Assembly (NCBI GenBank): GCA_965217775.1
Contig: CBDCJH010000002.1
Span: 3,328,001 to 3,392,000, forward strand
Source: Acidobacteriota bacterium
Lineage (GTDB): Bacteria; Acidobacteriota; UBA6911; RPQK01; JAJDTT01
DNA length: 64,000 nucleotides
Reading direction: 5' to 3'
Under the pieces are notes generated by a model. It did not search any database. It was not told the origin of the DNA and saw only the letters and a list, made by a program, of their open reading frames with translations. Below, one piece after another: positions 10,580 to 21,855 of this stretch (its first letter is position 1; each line of letters starts with the position of its first letter). The position numbers and the translations under genes are program-made.

Positions 10580-12046
10580 ATGTTTTCTTCCTTCCTCCTT
10601 CGAACCTTCCGGATCGCAGCCGGTTTCCCGCTGCTGGCGTCGTGTCATCCCACGCCTGAACCAGCGGATGCGTCGGAATCCTTGGCGATCGGCACGAGAC
10701 TGGAACTGCTCCTGGACGACTATCTGATCGAGTCCCGCAGGAACCTGGAATTCGATGTCCATCAGCCTCGGCCTGCAGAGAAAGTGATGACCTTCGAAGC
10801 TCTCTGGGAGGGCCCCTTCTGCGATTACTTCACCGTCTTCGAGGACAAGGGTGTCTTCCGAATGTACTACGCGACTCACCCACAAGCAGGCTTCGCCTCG
10901 GACACGGATCAGTTCACCTGCTATGCGGAGAGCACGGACGGAATCCACTGGACGAAACCATGGCTCGGAATCGTCCAGTTCCAGGGATCCGGGAACAACA
11001 ACATCATCAATCGAGGCTGGACCGCTCACAATTTCAGCCCCTTCATCGACACCAAACCGGGGACGCCTGCCGACCAACGATACAAAGCGGTCGGAGGTCA
11101 TGCCCGGATCGGCGGGCTGAAGGTCTTCGCCTCGCGCGATGGCCTTCACTGGCGCCTTTTGGCCGAAGAGGCCCGGATCACCAAGGGCAGCTATCCGGAA
11201 CCCGTGGGTTTCGATTCGCAGAACATCGCCTTCTGGGATCCGCGCCGAGAATCCTACTTCGCCTATTTCCGAGTCAAACACAACGGCAAGCGGGCCATCG
11301 GCATCAGCTCCTCGAAAGACTTTCTCCACTGGTCGGATCCCGAACTGGTACGGGTGGAAGCTCCTTCTCAGGAACACATCTATACGAATGCGACGCTCCC
11401 CTATTTCCGAGCGCCTCACCTCTACCTGGCCTTTCCCATGCGTTATGCTCCCGGCCACCCCTCTTCGATCCCAGACACCAAGAGCGCCTGCGACGCTGTC
11501 TTGATGTCCAGCCGGGACGGCAGAAACTTCAAGCAGCATTCCAGCGAGCCTTTTCTCTGGCCCGGTCCCGAGAAGGAGAACTGGACCAAGCACAGCAACA
11601 TGCCGGCCTGGGGGTTGCTGGCCACATCGGAAACCGAGTTGTCGGTGTACTACACCCAGCATTTCTATCTCCCCACCGCCCACTTGAGGCGAGGAACAAT
11701 GGGTATCGACCGCTTCGTCTCCCTGCACGCTCCCCTCTCAGGAGGGGAGTGGACCAGCAAACCGCTGCAATTCTCCGGCGATGACCTGGTCCTGAATTAC
11801 CGGACGAGCGCCGTCGGCAGCATCCGCGTGTCGATCCTGGACCGCGACGGGCAACCGCTGGACGGCTTCCAACTGGAGCAGTGCCCCGAGATTTACGGCG
11901 ACGAGATCGCGCGCACTGTATCCTGGGAAGACGGCGGGGCGAAGCTGGCGAAACTGAAGGGTCAAATCGTCCGTCTGCGTTTCGTGATGGAGGATGCGGA
12001 TCTCTTCTCGATCCAGTTCCGGGAGGCTCAGGCGGCCGGCAGCTGA
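10580..12046 (+). CDS. Uncharacterised beta-propeller GH-like family protein (probable lipoprotein)
   Basis: IGTRLELLLDD, YAESTDGIHWTKP, FDSQN, PYFRAPHLY, VRLRFVMEDADLFSIQF. Confidence 0.8.
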   Translation: MFSSFLLRTFRIAAGFPLLASCHPTPEPADASESLAIGTRLELLLDDYLIESRRNLEFDVHQPRPAEKVMTFEALWEGPFCDYFTVFEDKGVFRMYYATHPQAGFASDTDQFTCYAESTDGIHWTKPWLGIVQFQGSGNNNIINRGWTAHNFSPFIDTKPGTPADQRYKAVGGHARIGGLKVFASRDGLHWRLLAEEARITKGSYPEPVGFDSQNIAFWDPRRESYFAYFRVKHNGKRAIGISSSKDFLHWSDPELVRVEAPSQEHIYTNATLPYFRAPHLYLAFPMRYAPGHPSSIPDTKSACDAVLMSSRDGRNFKQHSSEPFLWPGPEKENWTKHSNMPAWGLLATSETELSVYYTQHFYLPTAHLRRGTMGIDRFVSLHAPLSGGEWTSKPLQFSGDDLVLNYRTSAVGSIRVSILDRDGQPLDGFQLEQCPEIYGDEIARTVSWEDGGAKLAKLKGQIVRLRFVMEDADLFSIQFREAQAAGS

Positions 12047-12079
12047 CGAGGTCGAACGGGATAGTCGATTCTCGGCCCA

Positions 12080-12240
12080 GGAGCCTGCGCGGCAGAAATT
12101 GATCTACTGCGAAAGCGGTAGAATCGGTCCATATTCCCCCGATTTCTCGGCGAATAGAACAACTATGCACCTCCAAATCGAGAAAATCTGGCCTCGATTC
12201 CCCACTTTCTCGCTACGATCATTTCTACCGCGCAGACTCC
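12080..12240. mobile_element. MITE family B, complete copy (161 bp)
   Basis: TIRs GGAGCCTGCGCGGCAGAAATTGATC / GATCATTTCTACCGCGCAGACTCC; intergenic. Confidence 0.8.
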
Positions 12241-12268
12241 CCGGTCCCTTCAACCTGGAGGACGGACG

Positions 12269-13792
12269 ATGAGAATGAGACTTTCGGCTCTCACGGCGGC
12301 CTTCCTGGCGCTCCCTCTGGGTGCGGCGCCCCCTGCAGAGCAGGCCGAATCCGGGAAGCCTATCGACATCGGCTCCCGACTGGAACTTTTCGTCGATCAC
12401 CACCTGATCGATCGGCTGGACGGAGCGCGCCTGATGATGGGACACCCCCGGCCGGCGGGAACAGTCCTGAAGGCGGATCGGCCGTGGGAGGGTCCCCACA
12501 ACTGGGGTTTCCAGGTGATCCACGACGGCGGCGTCTATCGCATGTTCTACCGGGGATGGTCCGAAGACGGATCCGTCGTCCTCTGCTACGCCGAGAGCCG
12601 CGACGGTGTCCGCTGGGAGAAACCCAGTCTGGGGCTGCTGGAGGTGAATGGCACCCGGGAGAACAACGCGGTGGCCGTGGTCGACGAGACCGGTCGCCGC
12701 CCGGTCCACTACCTTTTCCCTTTCATCGACGCCCGTCCCGGCGTGCCGGCCGCCGAGCGTGTGAAGGGAATCCGCGCCATCCTCCAGTCCAAGGAACCAT
12801 TCCTCATGCACGTCTACCTGTACGGTTCCAAAGACTGGTTCCAGTGGCGGCGGCTACGCGAGGAACCCATCATCGCAACCGGAATCCGCAACGCCTTCGA
12901 TGCCTCCAACTACGTCTTCTGGTCGCAGACGGAGGGACTCTACGTCTGCTATTTCCGCTACATGGTAAAGCGCCCAAACAGCTCTTCTCCGTCAGGACTC
13001 CGATCCATTCAGCGTGCCACCTCCCGGGATCTGATTCACTGGTCCGAGCCGAAGGGGATGACCTACAGCGATACCGGGACCGTCGTACCCTCCGACCACT
13101 TGTACACCAACAACACGGAGCCCTATTTTCGAGCCCCCCATCTCTACGTGGCTCTGGCTGCCCGTTTCATGAAGGGCCGACGCGTCGTCACCGACGCCCA
13201 ACTGGACCGGATGCGAGTGGCTTCACAAGGAGGCCACGCCTACTACGAGGACTGCTCCGACGGGGTGCTTCTGACGACCCGGCCCGGGACCACCCGGATC
13301 GACCGGACCTTCCTGGAGGCCCTGGTGCGGCCGGGGCGGGGACCGGAGAACTGGGTCTCCCGGACCAACTATCCCCTGAGGGGAGTGGTGCAGACCGGAC
13401 CCGCGGAGATGTCGTTCTTCGTGAGCCGGCACTACGCCCAACCTTCCTGGCACATCGAGCGCATGACCCTGCGCCTGGATGGATTCAGCTCCGTTCGGGC
13501 TCCCTACCAGGGAGGCGAGATGCTCACCAGACCCCTGATCTTCTCGGGAAACCGGCTGGTGATCAACTACGCCACCAGCGCGGCCGGAAGTCTTCGAGTG
13601 GAGGTCCAGGACATGGGAGGCCAGCCTTTCCCCGGATTCTCTCTCTCCGATTGCCGGGAGATCATCGGGGACGAGATCGAACGTCTGGTCACGTGGGAAG
13701 GTCGCCAGGATCTGAGTCGTCTCTCAGGGAAGCCGGTTCGGCTGCGCTTCGTCATGAAGGATGCGGATCTCTACTCCATGAGATTCCGATAG
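12269..13792 (+). CDS. Uncharacterised beta-propeller GH-like family protein
   Basis: Signal peptide, IGSRLELFVD, PYFRAPHLY, LRLDGFSS, RLRFVMKDADLYSMRF. Confidence 0.82.
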   Translation: MRMRLSALTAAFLALPLGAAPPAEQAESGKPIDIGSRLELFVDHHLIDRLDGARLMMGHPRPAGTVLKADRPWEGPHNWGFQVIHDGGVYRMFYRGWSEDGSVVLCYAESRDGVRWEKPSLGLLEVNGTRENNAVAVVDETGRRPVHYLFPFIDARPGVPAAERVKGIRAILQSKEPFLMHVYLYGSKDWFQWRRLREEPIIATGIRNAFDASNYVFWSQTEGLYVCYFRYMVKRPNSSSPSGLRSIQRATSRDLIHWSEPKGMTYSDTGTVVPSDHLYTNNTEPYFRAPHLYVALAARFMKGRRVVTDAQLDRMRVASQGGHAYYEDCSDGVLLTTRPGTTRIDRTFLEALVRPGRGPENWVSRTNYPLRGVVQTGPAEMSFFVSRHYAQPSWHIERMTLRLDGFSSVRAPYQGGEMLTRPLIFSGNRLVINYATSAAGSLRVEVQDMGGQPFPGFSLSDCREIIGDEIERLVTWEGRQDLSRLSGKPVRLRFVMKDADLYSMRFR

Positions 13793-13858
13793 AAGCAGAA
13801 TCCACGGAACCTCCGGGAGGTGCGTCCTGCCGGGATCGGGCGCGCCGCTGCTTCCGGC

Positions 13859-15229
13859 TCAGTACGCTTCCGTAACCCCGAACAAAGGCGGGTTGCTCAT
13901 CCACTTGCCCTGGGTGAAATCCGGGAAGTCCACCGGTGCGCTCGAGCGCCGGATCGATTGTTCGGAGAGGGGTGAGATCGCCATCCAGGCCGCCATGTCG
14001 TAGACGTCGATGGGAGGGTCGATCTTCCGCTTGATGCACTCCTTGAAGGCCCGGAGTTCCAGAAAGTCGGTTCCGCCATGTCCTTTGCGGATTCCCTCGG
14101 CCAAGTATCTCTTCCACAGCGGATGCTCGAACCGTTCCTGAAATCGATCGAAGGACTGCCACCGGTGCCGTGGCTCCATGCCGTCCAGGTAGATCATGGA
14201 CTTGTCCTTCGAACGGCTGTCCGCATCCTGCATCCAGATGCCTTTCGTACCCTGGACCACGTACAGGAAGGAGTTGGGTCGGGGCAGGCGGGTGTCGAAC
14301 TTGATGACCACCGTTTCCTCATTCGAACACTTGATGGTCGTGGTGACGAGATCACCCTGCTTCCAGGCGATGTTTCGACGCGGGTGACCGGCCGGAAGAT
14401 TCTCCTCGGACCATTTGCCCAAGCCTCGTGACTTGGTGGCCATCGAGGTCAGGTATTCGAAACGGTTCCCTCGTTGAATGTTCAGGCAGTGGGCTACGGG
14501 ACCGATGCTGTGGGTCGGATAGAGCTCTCCGTTGCGGTACTGGTTGTGCATGGAGCGGTAGTCCCCTTCCCCCTTGGGAGTGGGACCCGTGCCCTTTCCC
14601 AGGACCAGGCGTTCGCGCAGATCATGGGCATAACCGCACTGGCAGTGGATCAGTTCCCCGAATACGCTCTCGCGGACCATTCTGAGGATCGCCATGTTGT
14701 ATCGGGCATAGCAGTTATTCTCCAGGAGCATGCAGGGAACCCGGGTTTCCTCGTAGGTCTCCACCAGTTCCCAGCACTCTTCGATGGAGTTGGCCGGGCC
14801 GACTTCGACTCCCGCATAGATTCCGGCCTTCATGGAATCGACGGCCATGGGGATGTGCAGCTCCCAGGGAGTGGCGATGACGACACCGTCGAGGTCATCG
14901 CGTTGCAGCAATTCGAGGTAGGAGCGCTCATCCTTGCCGTACCCCTCGGGACGTGAGCGGCCCGACTCCTCGACCGCGTCCTGAGCTCGACGCAGGTTGT
15001 CGGGGGCGATGTCGCAAACCGCTGGTATGCTCACGTCGGAAAACCCCAGACACAACCTCAGGAGCTTCGATCCCCGGCCTCCTATGCCAATCAAGCCGAG
15101 GCTGACCTTCTGGTCATCGGCGCCCTTCAGGATGGCGGGCGTCAGACCGAGTCCAAGGCCGGCAGCGGACACCTGCTTGAGGAAACCTCGGCGGTCGGAT
15201 TGCGAAACGCTCATGTTCTGTCGGTTCAT
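13859..15229 (-). CDS. Tat-exported Gfo/Idh/MocA oxidoreductase, GH109-like
   Basis: SDRRGFLK Tat motif, GIGGRG, IATPWELH, LENNCY, YPTH, GHGGTD; GGAGG RBS upstream. Confidence 0.85.
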   Translation of the reverse strand: MNRQNMSVSQSDRRGFLKQVSAAGLGLGLTPAILKGADDQKVSLGLIGIGGRGSKLLRLCLGFSDVSIPAVCDIAPDNLRRAQDAVEESGRSRPEGYGKDERSYLELLQRDDLDGVVIATPWELHIPMAVDSMKAGIYAGVEVGPANSIEECWELVETYEETRVPCMLLENNCYARYNMAILRMVRESVFGELIHCQCGYAHDLRERLVLGKGTGPTPKGEGDYRSMHNQYRNGELYPTHSIGPVAHCLNIQRGNRFEYLTSMATKSRGLGKWSEENLPAGHPRRNIAWKQGDLVTTTIKCSNEETVVIKFDTRLPRPNSFLYVVQGTKGIWMQDADSRSKDKSMIYLDGMEPRHRWQSFDRFQERFEHPLWKRYLAEGIRKGHGGTDFLELRAFKECIKRKIDPPIDVYDMAAWMAISPLSEQSIRRSSAPVDFPDFTQGKWMSNPPLFGVTEAY

Positions 15230-15436
15230 CCTGTTCCTCCTGGCCCGACCGAGCCGTCTTCCCGGCGGCAGGTTCGGTAGTCTGTGGCGAAAGTCGTCAC
15301 GCCATTCCACTGGGTCTGCATTCCGGCAGACCGGGTTGCTTCTCGATCACATAGGGTCGAATAGGTTCCCTCGTCGCGCCTTGTCCGGCGGACGCAGCCC
15401 CCGTCTCGGCGCTACGCAGGATTTCTACCACGGGAG

Positions 15437-15488
15437 GGAGAAATAGACTGTCCCCTTTTCGCCCTTTCCCCTTTTCGCCCTTTTCGGT
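15437..15488 (+). repeat. GACTGTCCCC motif copy with downstream stutter duplications
   Basis: GAAATAGACTGTCCCCTTTTCGCCCTTTCCCCTTTTCGCCCTTTTCGG. Confidence 0.85.
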
Positions 15489-15568
15489 CGTCCCGTGCCA
15501 AGGCGGCTCAACGCGCCTGAACTGTTTCATTGACCGGACGTTGTCGACATACTACTCGTCAAGGACCG

Positions 15569-17098
15569 ATGTCGCGTCATCGTATCTTCCAACAGCTCAT
15601 CATCCTCGGCTGTAGTCTTCTTGCGGCCTTCAGCCCAGGCTGCTCCCTGCAGCGCAAGCCCAACATCGTCTTCATCCTCGCCGACGACCTGGGCTACCGC
15701 GAGCTGGGCTGCTTCGGCCAGGAGCTGATCCGCACCCCCAACCTGGACCGCCTGGCCCGGCAGGGGATGCGGCTGACGCAGCACTACTCGGGCAGCCCGG
15801 TCTGTGCTCCCTCCCGTTGCGTCCTGATGACCGGGAAGCACCCGGGCCATGCCTACATCCGCAGCAACAAGGCCACGCCACCCGAGGGTCAGGAGCCCAT
15901 CCCCTCCGCGGAAATCACCCTGGCGGAATTGCTGCGGACACAGGGGTACGTCACCGGGGCCTTCGGCAAGTGGGGACTGGGTGGACCCGGATCCAGCGGA
16001 GAGCCGCTGCGGCAGGGAATGGACCGATTCTTCGGATACAATTGCCAGAGCCACGCCCACAGCTACTATCCCTCGTACCTTTGGAGCGACCATCAACGCA
16101 TCCCGCTGCGGAACGATCCACCGGTTCCCGGGCACGCCGGCCTCGCCCCGGGAGACGATCCTTTCGATCCACGCAGCTACGATCGCTTCAAGGGGCCGGG
16201 CTATGCTCCCGATCGGATCAACGGCCAGGCGTTGGAGTTCATCCGGGCCAACCGGAACCGGCCGTTCTTCCTCGACTACCCGACCATCATTCCGCACCTG
16301 GCGCTTCACGTACCCGACGAGGAGCTCGAGCCCTATCTCGACCTGGGGTGGGAGGACCCACCCTTCACGCGGTCCGAGGGCCGTGGCTACACGCCGCATT
16401 TCACGCCGCGAGCCGCCTACGCGGCCATGATTACGCGGATGGATCGCTTTGTGGGCAGGGTCTTGAGGCTGCTGGACGAGCTCGGCCTGGCGGAAGACAC
16501 CATCGTCGTGTTCAGCTCCGACAACGGGACCACGCACCTGGATCAGGAAGTGGACCACGAGTTCTTCAAGAGTGTGGGCGAGCTGAGGGGATTGAAGGGC
16601 TCGCTGTACGAGGGAGGGATCCGGGTGCCGGCGTTGGTCCGCTGGCCGGGCCGCGTGGAGTCGGGCTCCGAGAGCGGCCGGATCAGCGGCTTCGAGGACT
16701 GGATGCCCACCCTTCTGGAACTGGTCGGCGCCCCCCAGGCCAAGCCGAAGAAGATCGATGGAATCAGCCTGGCACCCACACTGCTCGGGCAAAGACAGGA
16801 TCCGCGACCATTCCTGTACCGTGAGTTCCCCAGCTACGGAGGGCAGCAGGCGGTGCGCGTAGGAGACTGGAAGGCCGTCCGGCAGAACATGAACGATGGA
16901 AATCTCGAGGTCGAGTTGTACCATCTCGCTCAGGACATCGGTGAGCGGAACAACATCGCCGACCGGTATCCGGAGGTGGTGTCGGAGTTCACCGCACTGA
17001 TGGAGAGAGAGCACACGCCATCCAGGTTGTTCCCACTGAAACCGCTGGACTCGCCACATAGAAACTCGGAGGCAGCGAAAGGAGTCCACCTTCGATGA
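15569..17098 (+). CDS. S1 sulfatase (arylsulfatase-like)
   Basis: CAPSRCVLMTG, GKWGL, SDNG, YEGGIRVP. Confidence 0.92.
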   Translation: MSRHRIFQQLIILGCSLLAAFSPGCSLQRKPNIVFILADDLGYRELGCFGQELIRTPNLDRLARQGMRLTQHYSGSPVCAPSRCVLMTGKHPGHAYIRSNKATPPEGQEPIPSAEITLAELLRTQGYVTGAFGKWGLGGPGSSGEPLRQGMDRFFGYNCQSHAHSYYPSYLWSDHQRIPLRNDPPVPGHAGLAPGDDPFDPRSYDRFKGPGYAPDRINGQALEFIRANRNRPFFLDYPTIIPHLALHVPDEELEPYLDLGWEDPPFTRSEGRGYTPHFTPRAAYAAMITRMDRFVGRVLRLLDELGLAEDTIVVFSSDNGTTHLDQEVDHEFFKSVGELRGLKGSLYEGGIRVPALVRWPGRVESGSESGRISGFEDWMPTLLELVGAPQAKPKKIDGISLAPTLLGQRQDPRPFLYREFPSYGGQQAVRVGDWKAVRQNMNDGNLEVELYHLAQDIGERNNIADRYPEVVSEFTALMEREHTPSRLFPLKPLDSPHRNSEAAKGVHLR

Positions 17099-18558
17099 GC
17101 CTCCTGCGAATTCTGATCCCTCGTCTGGTGCTTCTCTTCCTTCTGACGGACCCTGGCGCAGCCGCGGCCCGGCCCAACGTCGTCTTCATCCTGACCGACA
17201 ACCACGGCGCCTGGACCCTCGGCTGCTACGGCAACCAGGACATCCGGACTCCGAATATCGATCGGTTGGCTTCCGAGGGAATGCGCTTCACCCGGGCAAT
17301 GAGCAGCAATCCCGTCTGCTCCCCGACCCGCGCCACCTTCCTCACCGGCCTGATCCCGTCGCAGCACGGACTCCATTCCTTCCTCGACAACAAGTACATG
17401 GTCGGCCCCGAGGCCTACTACACCCTGAAGGAGTTCGAGACGCTGCCCCGGATCCTGAACTCGGAAGGGTACGTCTGCGGTCTCAGTGGCAAGTGGCACC
17501 TGGGGGCCAACATGACGCCGCAGGACGGGTTCTCCTACTGGATCACGATGGCGCGGGGAAGTACGAGAAGCTTCTACGAAGACCTCATCATCCAGGACGG
17601 CAAGGTCAGGAAGACCCCCAAGTACATGACCGATCTCTGGACAGAGCATGCGATCCGCTTCATCGAGCAGAACCAGGGTGGTGAGAAGCCGTTCTTCCTC
17701 TACCTAGCCTACAACGGACCCTACGGCCTCGGGCCGCTGCTGCTGGAGCCGGCTCGCAATCGACACGCGGCGTATTACGCGGACAAGTATCTGCCGTCCT
17801 TTCCCAGAGACGCGGTTCACCCCTGGCAGTACAACAACAAGGCCTACCACAACAACATCGTGAGCATCCGGCGGGTCGCCGCCGAGGTGAGCGCCGTCGA
17901 TGACGGCGTGGGCGAGATCATGGCAGCTCTGAAGCAGCTGGGGCTGGAGGAGAACACGATCGTGATCTTTGCCGGCGACCAGGGCTGGATGGGCGGTCAA
18001 AACGGATTCTGGGGAATGGGGGATCACACCCGCCCCATCGCGGCGCATGATCTGATGATGCAGATCCCCCTGATCTTCCGCCATCCACGAGGAATCAAGC
18101 CGGGGAAGACCGACATCATGGTCAGCAACTACGACTTCCTTCCCAGTCTTCTGGAGTATCTGGGCCTGAAGCATCGGATTCCCCGGAAGCCGAAGCTCCC
18201 GGGACGCAGCTTCGCCGCCGCCCTGCGAGGCCGGAAGATCGATTGGGAGACGCGGATGTTCTACGAGATGGAGGGCTGCCGCTCGGTGCGCACCGAGGAC
18301 TGGAAGTACGTGGCGCGCCGGCAGCCGGACGGGCCGGCCGAGCTCTACGACATGGTCAACGATCCGCAGGAGAGGTTCAATCTCTACGGCCAGCCGCAGC
18401 ACGCGAGCATTCAGCAGGAGATGGCCGAGGAGCTCCGCCGCTTCTTCGAGGAATACGCCGACCCTCAATACGACATCTGGAAGGGAGGCCGTTCCAAGGC
18501 GCGAAGGCTCCTGGCCCCGGTCGGCCACCCGGACTACCGTCCGCTCCGGAAACAATAG
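17095..18558 (+). CDS. S1 sulfatase
   Basis: CSPTRATFLTG, GKWHL; 4-bp overlap with the upstream gene. Confidence 0.92.
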   Translation: MSLLRILIPRLVLLFLLTDPGAAAARPNVVFILTDNHGAWTLGCYGNQDIRTPNIDRLASEGMRFTRAMSSNPVCSPTRATFLTGLIPSQHGLHSFLDNKYMVGPEAYYTLKEFETLPRILNSEGYVCGLSGKWHLGANMTPQDGFSYWITMARGSTRSFYEDLIIQDGKVRKTPKYMTDLWTEHAIRFIEQNQGGEKPFFLYLAYNGPYGLGPLLLEPARNRHAAYYADKYLPSFPRDAVHPWQYNNKAYHNNIVSIRRVAAEVSAVDDGVGEIMAALKQLGLEENTIVIFAGDQGWMGGQNGFWGMGDHTRPIAAHDLMMQIPLIFRHPRGIKPGKTDIMVSNYDFLPSLLEYLGLKHRIPRKPKLPGRSFAAALRGRKIDWETRMFYEMEGCRSVRTEDWKYVARRQPDGPAELYDMVNDPQERFNLYGQPQHASIQQEMAEELRRFFEEYADPQYDIWKGGRSKARRLLAPVGHPDYRPLRKQ

Positions 18559-18636
18559 AGGGGAAGAGAGGTGATCCCGATGAGAGGTCGTCCACGGGGG
18601 ACCCGTTCCACGGTGCCGGGGATCTTCCTGCTGCGG

Positions 18637-20103
18637 ATGATGCTCCGCACGATTGTTCCTTTGCTGGCGCTCCTCGCCGTTATGCCTGCTGTTGCGCAAG
18701 AGAACGCGCGGCCGAACTTCCTGGTCGTGCTGGCGGACGATCTGGGCTATGGCGACCTGGCTGGTTACGGTCATCCCAGAATCAAGACACCGAACCTGGA
18801 TCAGTTGGCGCGCGAAGGACTGCGGTTAACGAGCTGTTACGCGGCGGCGCCGAATTGCTCCCCGGCGCGGACTGGCTTCATGACGGGGCGGACACCCTAT
18901 CGGGCCGGCGTGCACAACTGGATTCCCATGTTCTCGCCGGTGCACCTCCGGAGGGAAGAGATCACGGTCGCGACGCTGCTGCGGGACGCTGGATACGACA
19001 CGTGTCACGTCGGCAAATGGCATCTCAACGGTGACTTCAATCTGCCGACTCAGCCGCAACCCCGGGACCATGGCTTCAACTACTGGTTTTCCACGCAGAA
19101 CAATGCCCTGCCGAACCACCGCAATCCCGACAACTTCGTCCGCAACGGCAGACCGGCTGGCCAACTCAGGGGCTATGCCGCCCCACTGGTGACCGACGAG
19201 GCCATTCACTGGCTGAAGCACGTCCGGGACAAGACGAAGCCGTTCTTCATCTACGTCTGCTACCACGAGCCACACGAGCCGATCGCGAGCGACGAGCGTT
19301 TCACCGATCTCTATGCTTCCGACGACCCCAGTTATCGAGCTCATCACGGCAACATCACGCAACTCGACGATTCCTTTGGAAGGCTGGCCCAGACCATCGA
19401 CGAGCTTGGTTTGCGCGACAACACCTTCGTCTTCTTCACCAGCGACAACGGGCCGGCGATCACGGGAATTCACCCGCATGGATCGGCGGGCCCCTTGCGC
19501 GACAAGAAGGGATATCTCTACGAGGGCGGCATCCGCGTCCCGGGCATCATCCGGTGGCCGGGGCAGGTAGAGGCGGGATCCGAGTCGGACGTTGCCGTCA
19601 GCGGCGTCGATCTACTGCCGACGCTCTGCGATCTCGCCGGCGTGGCCGTTCCCGGCAACCGTGCCTTCGACGGCATCAGCATTCGACCTCTGCTGGCGGG
19701 AGAATCGCTGGAGCGGACGACACCACTCTATTGGCACTTCCTGCGCGCCCGCGGAAAGCCCAAAGTCGCCATGCGCTCAGGGGACTGGAAGATCCTCGCG
19801 CATCTGGACCAGCCCGACCTGCGGGTCACTGCCGACATCGTGCCCGATGAGATGCGGATGCTGAAGACTGCGAGCCTGGCGCGGTTCGAACTGTACAATC
19901 TTCGCGACGACCTTGGTGAAACCAGGGACTTGGCGGAACGAGAGCCGCAGCAGCTTGCCAGACTTGCTGATCAGTTGCGGTCGATGTATGCGGAGGTCCA
20001 GGCGGAGAGCCCGGTGTGGCCCGCCTGGAAGTGGCCCCGATACGAGGCGCAACGGATCGAGTGGCCACCGTACCGCAATCGGCCCAAGCCCGGGAACAAG
20101 TGA
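18637..20103 (+). CDS. S1 sulfatase
   Basis: CSPARTGFMTG, GKWHL, SDNGP, YEGGIRVP. Confidence 0.92.
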   Translation: MMLRTIVPLLALLAVMPAVAQENARPNFLVVLADDLGYGDLAGYGHPRIKTPNLDQLAREGLRLTSCYAAAPNCSPARTGFMTGRTPYRAGVHNWIPMFSPVHLRREEITVATLLRDAGYDTCHVGKWHLNGDFNLPTQPQPRDHGFNYWFSTQNNALPNHRNPDNFVRNGRPAGQLRGYAAPLVTDEAIHWLKHVRDKTKPFFIYVCYHEPHEPIASDERFTDLYASDDPSYRAHHGNITQLDDSFGRLAQTIDELGLRDNTFVFFTSDNGPAITGIHPHGSAGPLRDKKGYLYEGGIRVPGIIRWPGQVEAGSESDVAVSGVDLLPTLCDLAGVAVPGNRAFDGISIRPLLAGESLERTTPLYWHFLRARGKPKVAMRSGDWKILAHLDQPDLRVTADIVPDEMRMLKTASLARFELYNLRDDLGETRDLAEREPQQLARLADQLRSMYAEVQAESPVWPAWKWPRYEAQRIEWPPYRNRPKPGNK

Positions 20104-20186
20104 GGCCTTCCGGTCGCCACCTGGTTCCACATAGTGGTCTCGGGTTCGGATCCGTACCAAACTTGCGCATCGAGAGCTCGACCGGA

Positions 20187-21659
20187 CTACCACTCCAGGC
20201 GGGTGTCGTCAGGACCGAGCTCCCCGGGGCCCCGAATTTCTCGACCTTCCCGTTCGGTGAGTTTGTCCCCCAGCTCGTCCCGGACCTGGGCCGCGAATCG
20301 CTCCAGCCGCTCCACCACCTCGGGATGCTGAGAAGCGAGATCGGAGGTCTCTCTCAGGTCCTGCTTCAGGTCGAAGAGCTCCAGTCCGGTCGCGGCCTGA
20401 TCGTAGGGGACCGGGTGGCCGCCGGTCCCTCCGGCTCGACCCGACAGGGTTCGGTATTCGTGGGGAAAGTGAAGCTTCCAGCGGCGGTCCCGCACGGCCT
20501 GCAATTGACCGTTCCGATAATAGGAATAGAAGACCTCGTGAGGCGAGCGAGCCCCAGGTTCCGCGAACATCAGGGATCGGATGTCCCTGCCATCGATCTT
20601 GTGTCCGGGCAGCACCGCACCGATCAGAGCGGCGACCGTGGGAAAGACATCGATCGTCGCGGCCAGTTCGTTGCACTCCGCACCCGCCGGGATCCGTCCC
20701 GGCCAGCGCATCAGGGTGGGGACCCGGATTCCCCCTTCGAACGACGTGCCCTTGCCCTCCCGCAGGGGAGCCGCGGACCCGGCGTGATCCCCGTAGCTGA
20801 GCCAGGGCCCGTTGTCGGAAGTGAAGATCATCAGAGTGTGCCGGTCCAGATCGGTGCGTTTCAGGGCATCGAGAATCTGTCCCACGGACCAGTCGATCTC
20901 CATTACGACGTCGCCAAACAGACCTCGCTCGCTACGTCCCTTGAACTTGTCGGATACGTAGAGTGGGACATGGACCATGCTGTGAGGCAGGTACAGCAGG
21001 AAGGGCCGATCCCGGTTCCGCTCGATGAAATCCAGGGCACGCTCGGTGTACTGGGTCGTGAGCAGTCTCTGGTCTTCCCCCGTGACCTTGGGATTGACGA
21101 CCTGGTTGCCCTCGATCAGGGGCAGATCGGGAAACCGATCCCCGGAGGTGGGGTGTTCGGGCCACATGTCATTGGAATAGGGGAGGCCGTAATACTCGTC
21201 GAAGCCATTCTGCAGCGGCAGGAACTTGGGATGGTGGCCCAGGTGCCATTTCCCGAAGCACGCCGTGGCATAACCCTGGCTTCGACACAGTTCACCGAGG
21301 GTAACTTCCTGCTCGTGGATGCCGATGTCGGCGCTGGGCCCCAGAGCACCCGACAAGCCAAGTCGGCGATGATAGCAGCCGGTCATCAAGGCCGCCCGGG
21401 ATGCCGTGCACACCGCAGACGAAACCTGGAAGTCCGTGAATCGGATGCCCTCCGCCGCCATGCGGTCCAGATTGGGTGTCGGGTAACCCTGGGCGCCGAA
21501 GGGGCCGATGTCGGCGTAGCCCATGTCGTCGATGAATACCAGAACGATGTTGGGCGGGCGGGCTTCCAAAGTGTCGGGTGGGCGGGTTTGCGAACACCCG
21601 GAGAATAAGAGAACAGCTACCATCAACAAACCCCAAAGCACACTGGAATGAGATCTCAA
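20187..21659 (-). CDS. S1 sulfatase (arylsulfatase A-like), probable lipoprotein
   Basis: [28 protein letters not shown]; TTG start after AAGGAGG. Confidence 0.9.
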   Translation of the reverse strand: MRSHSSVLWGLLMVAVLLFSGCSQTRPPDTLEARPPNIVLVFIDDMGYADIGPFGAQGYPTPNLDRMAAEGIRFTDFQVSSAVCTASRAALMTGCYHRRLGLSGALGPSADIGIHEQEVTLGELCRSQGYATACFGKWHLGHHPKFLPLQNGFDEYYGLPYSNDMWPEHPTSGDRFPDLPLIEGNQVVNPKVTGEDQRLLTTQYTERALDFIERNRDRPFLLYLPHSMVHVPLYVSDKFKGRSERGLFGDVVMEIDWSVGQILDALKRTDLDRHTLMIFTSDNGPWLSYGDHAGSAAPLREGKGTSFEGGIRVPTLMRWPGRIPAGAECNELAATIDVFPTVAALIGAVLPGHKIDGRDIRSLMFAEPGARSPHEVFYSYYRNGQLQAVRDRRWKLHFPHEYRTLSGRAGGTGGHPVPYDQAATGLELFDLKQDLRETSDLASQHPEVVERLERFAAQVRDELGDKLTEREGREIRGPGELGPDDTRLEW

Positions 21660-21743
21660 CGCGATTCCTCCTTTGCCCTTCAAGGCGAGCATAATCCGTC
21701 CCAAGAGATTGAAGCACGGAGACCCGGCACTGCCCCCCCTGCC

Positions 21744-21800
21744 CGGAAGAAACAGACCGTCCCCTTTTCGGTCGGAAAAACAGACTGTCCCCTTTTCGGT
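21744..21800 (+). repeat. Two tandem GACTGTCCCC motif copies (28-bp period)
   Basis: CGGAAGAAACAGACCGTCCCCTTTTCGGT followed by CGGAAAAACAGACTGTCCCCTTTTCGGT. Confidence 0.88.
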
Positions 21801-21855
21801 CCTTTCGAGTCCAGACATCGGATTGAAGGGTTTTTAGCGGCGACCCCGGGCCGCC

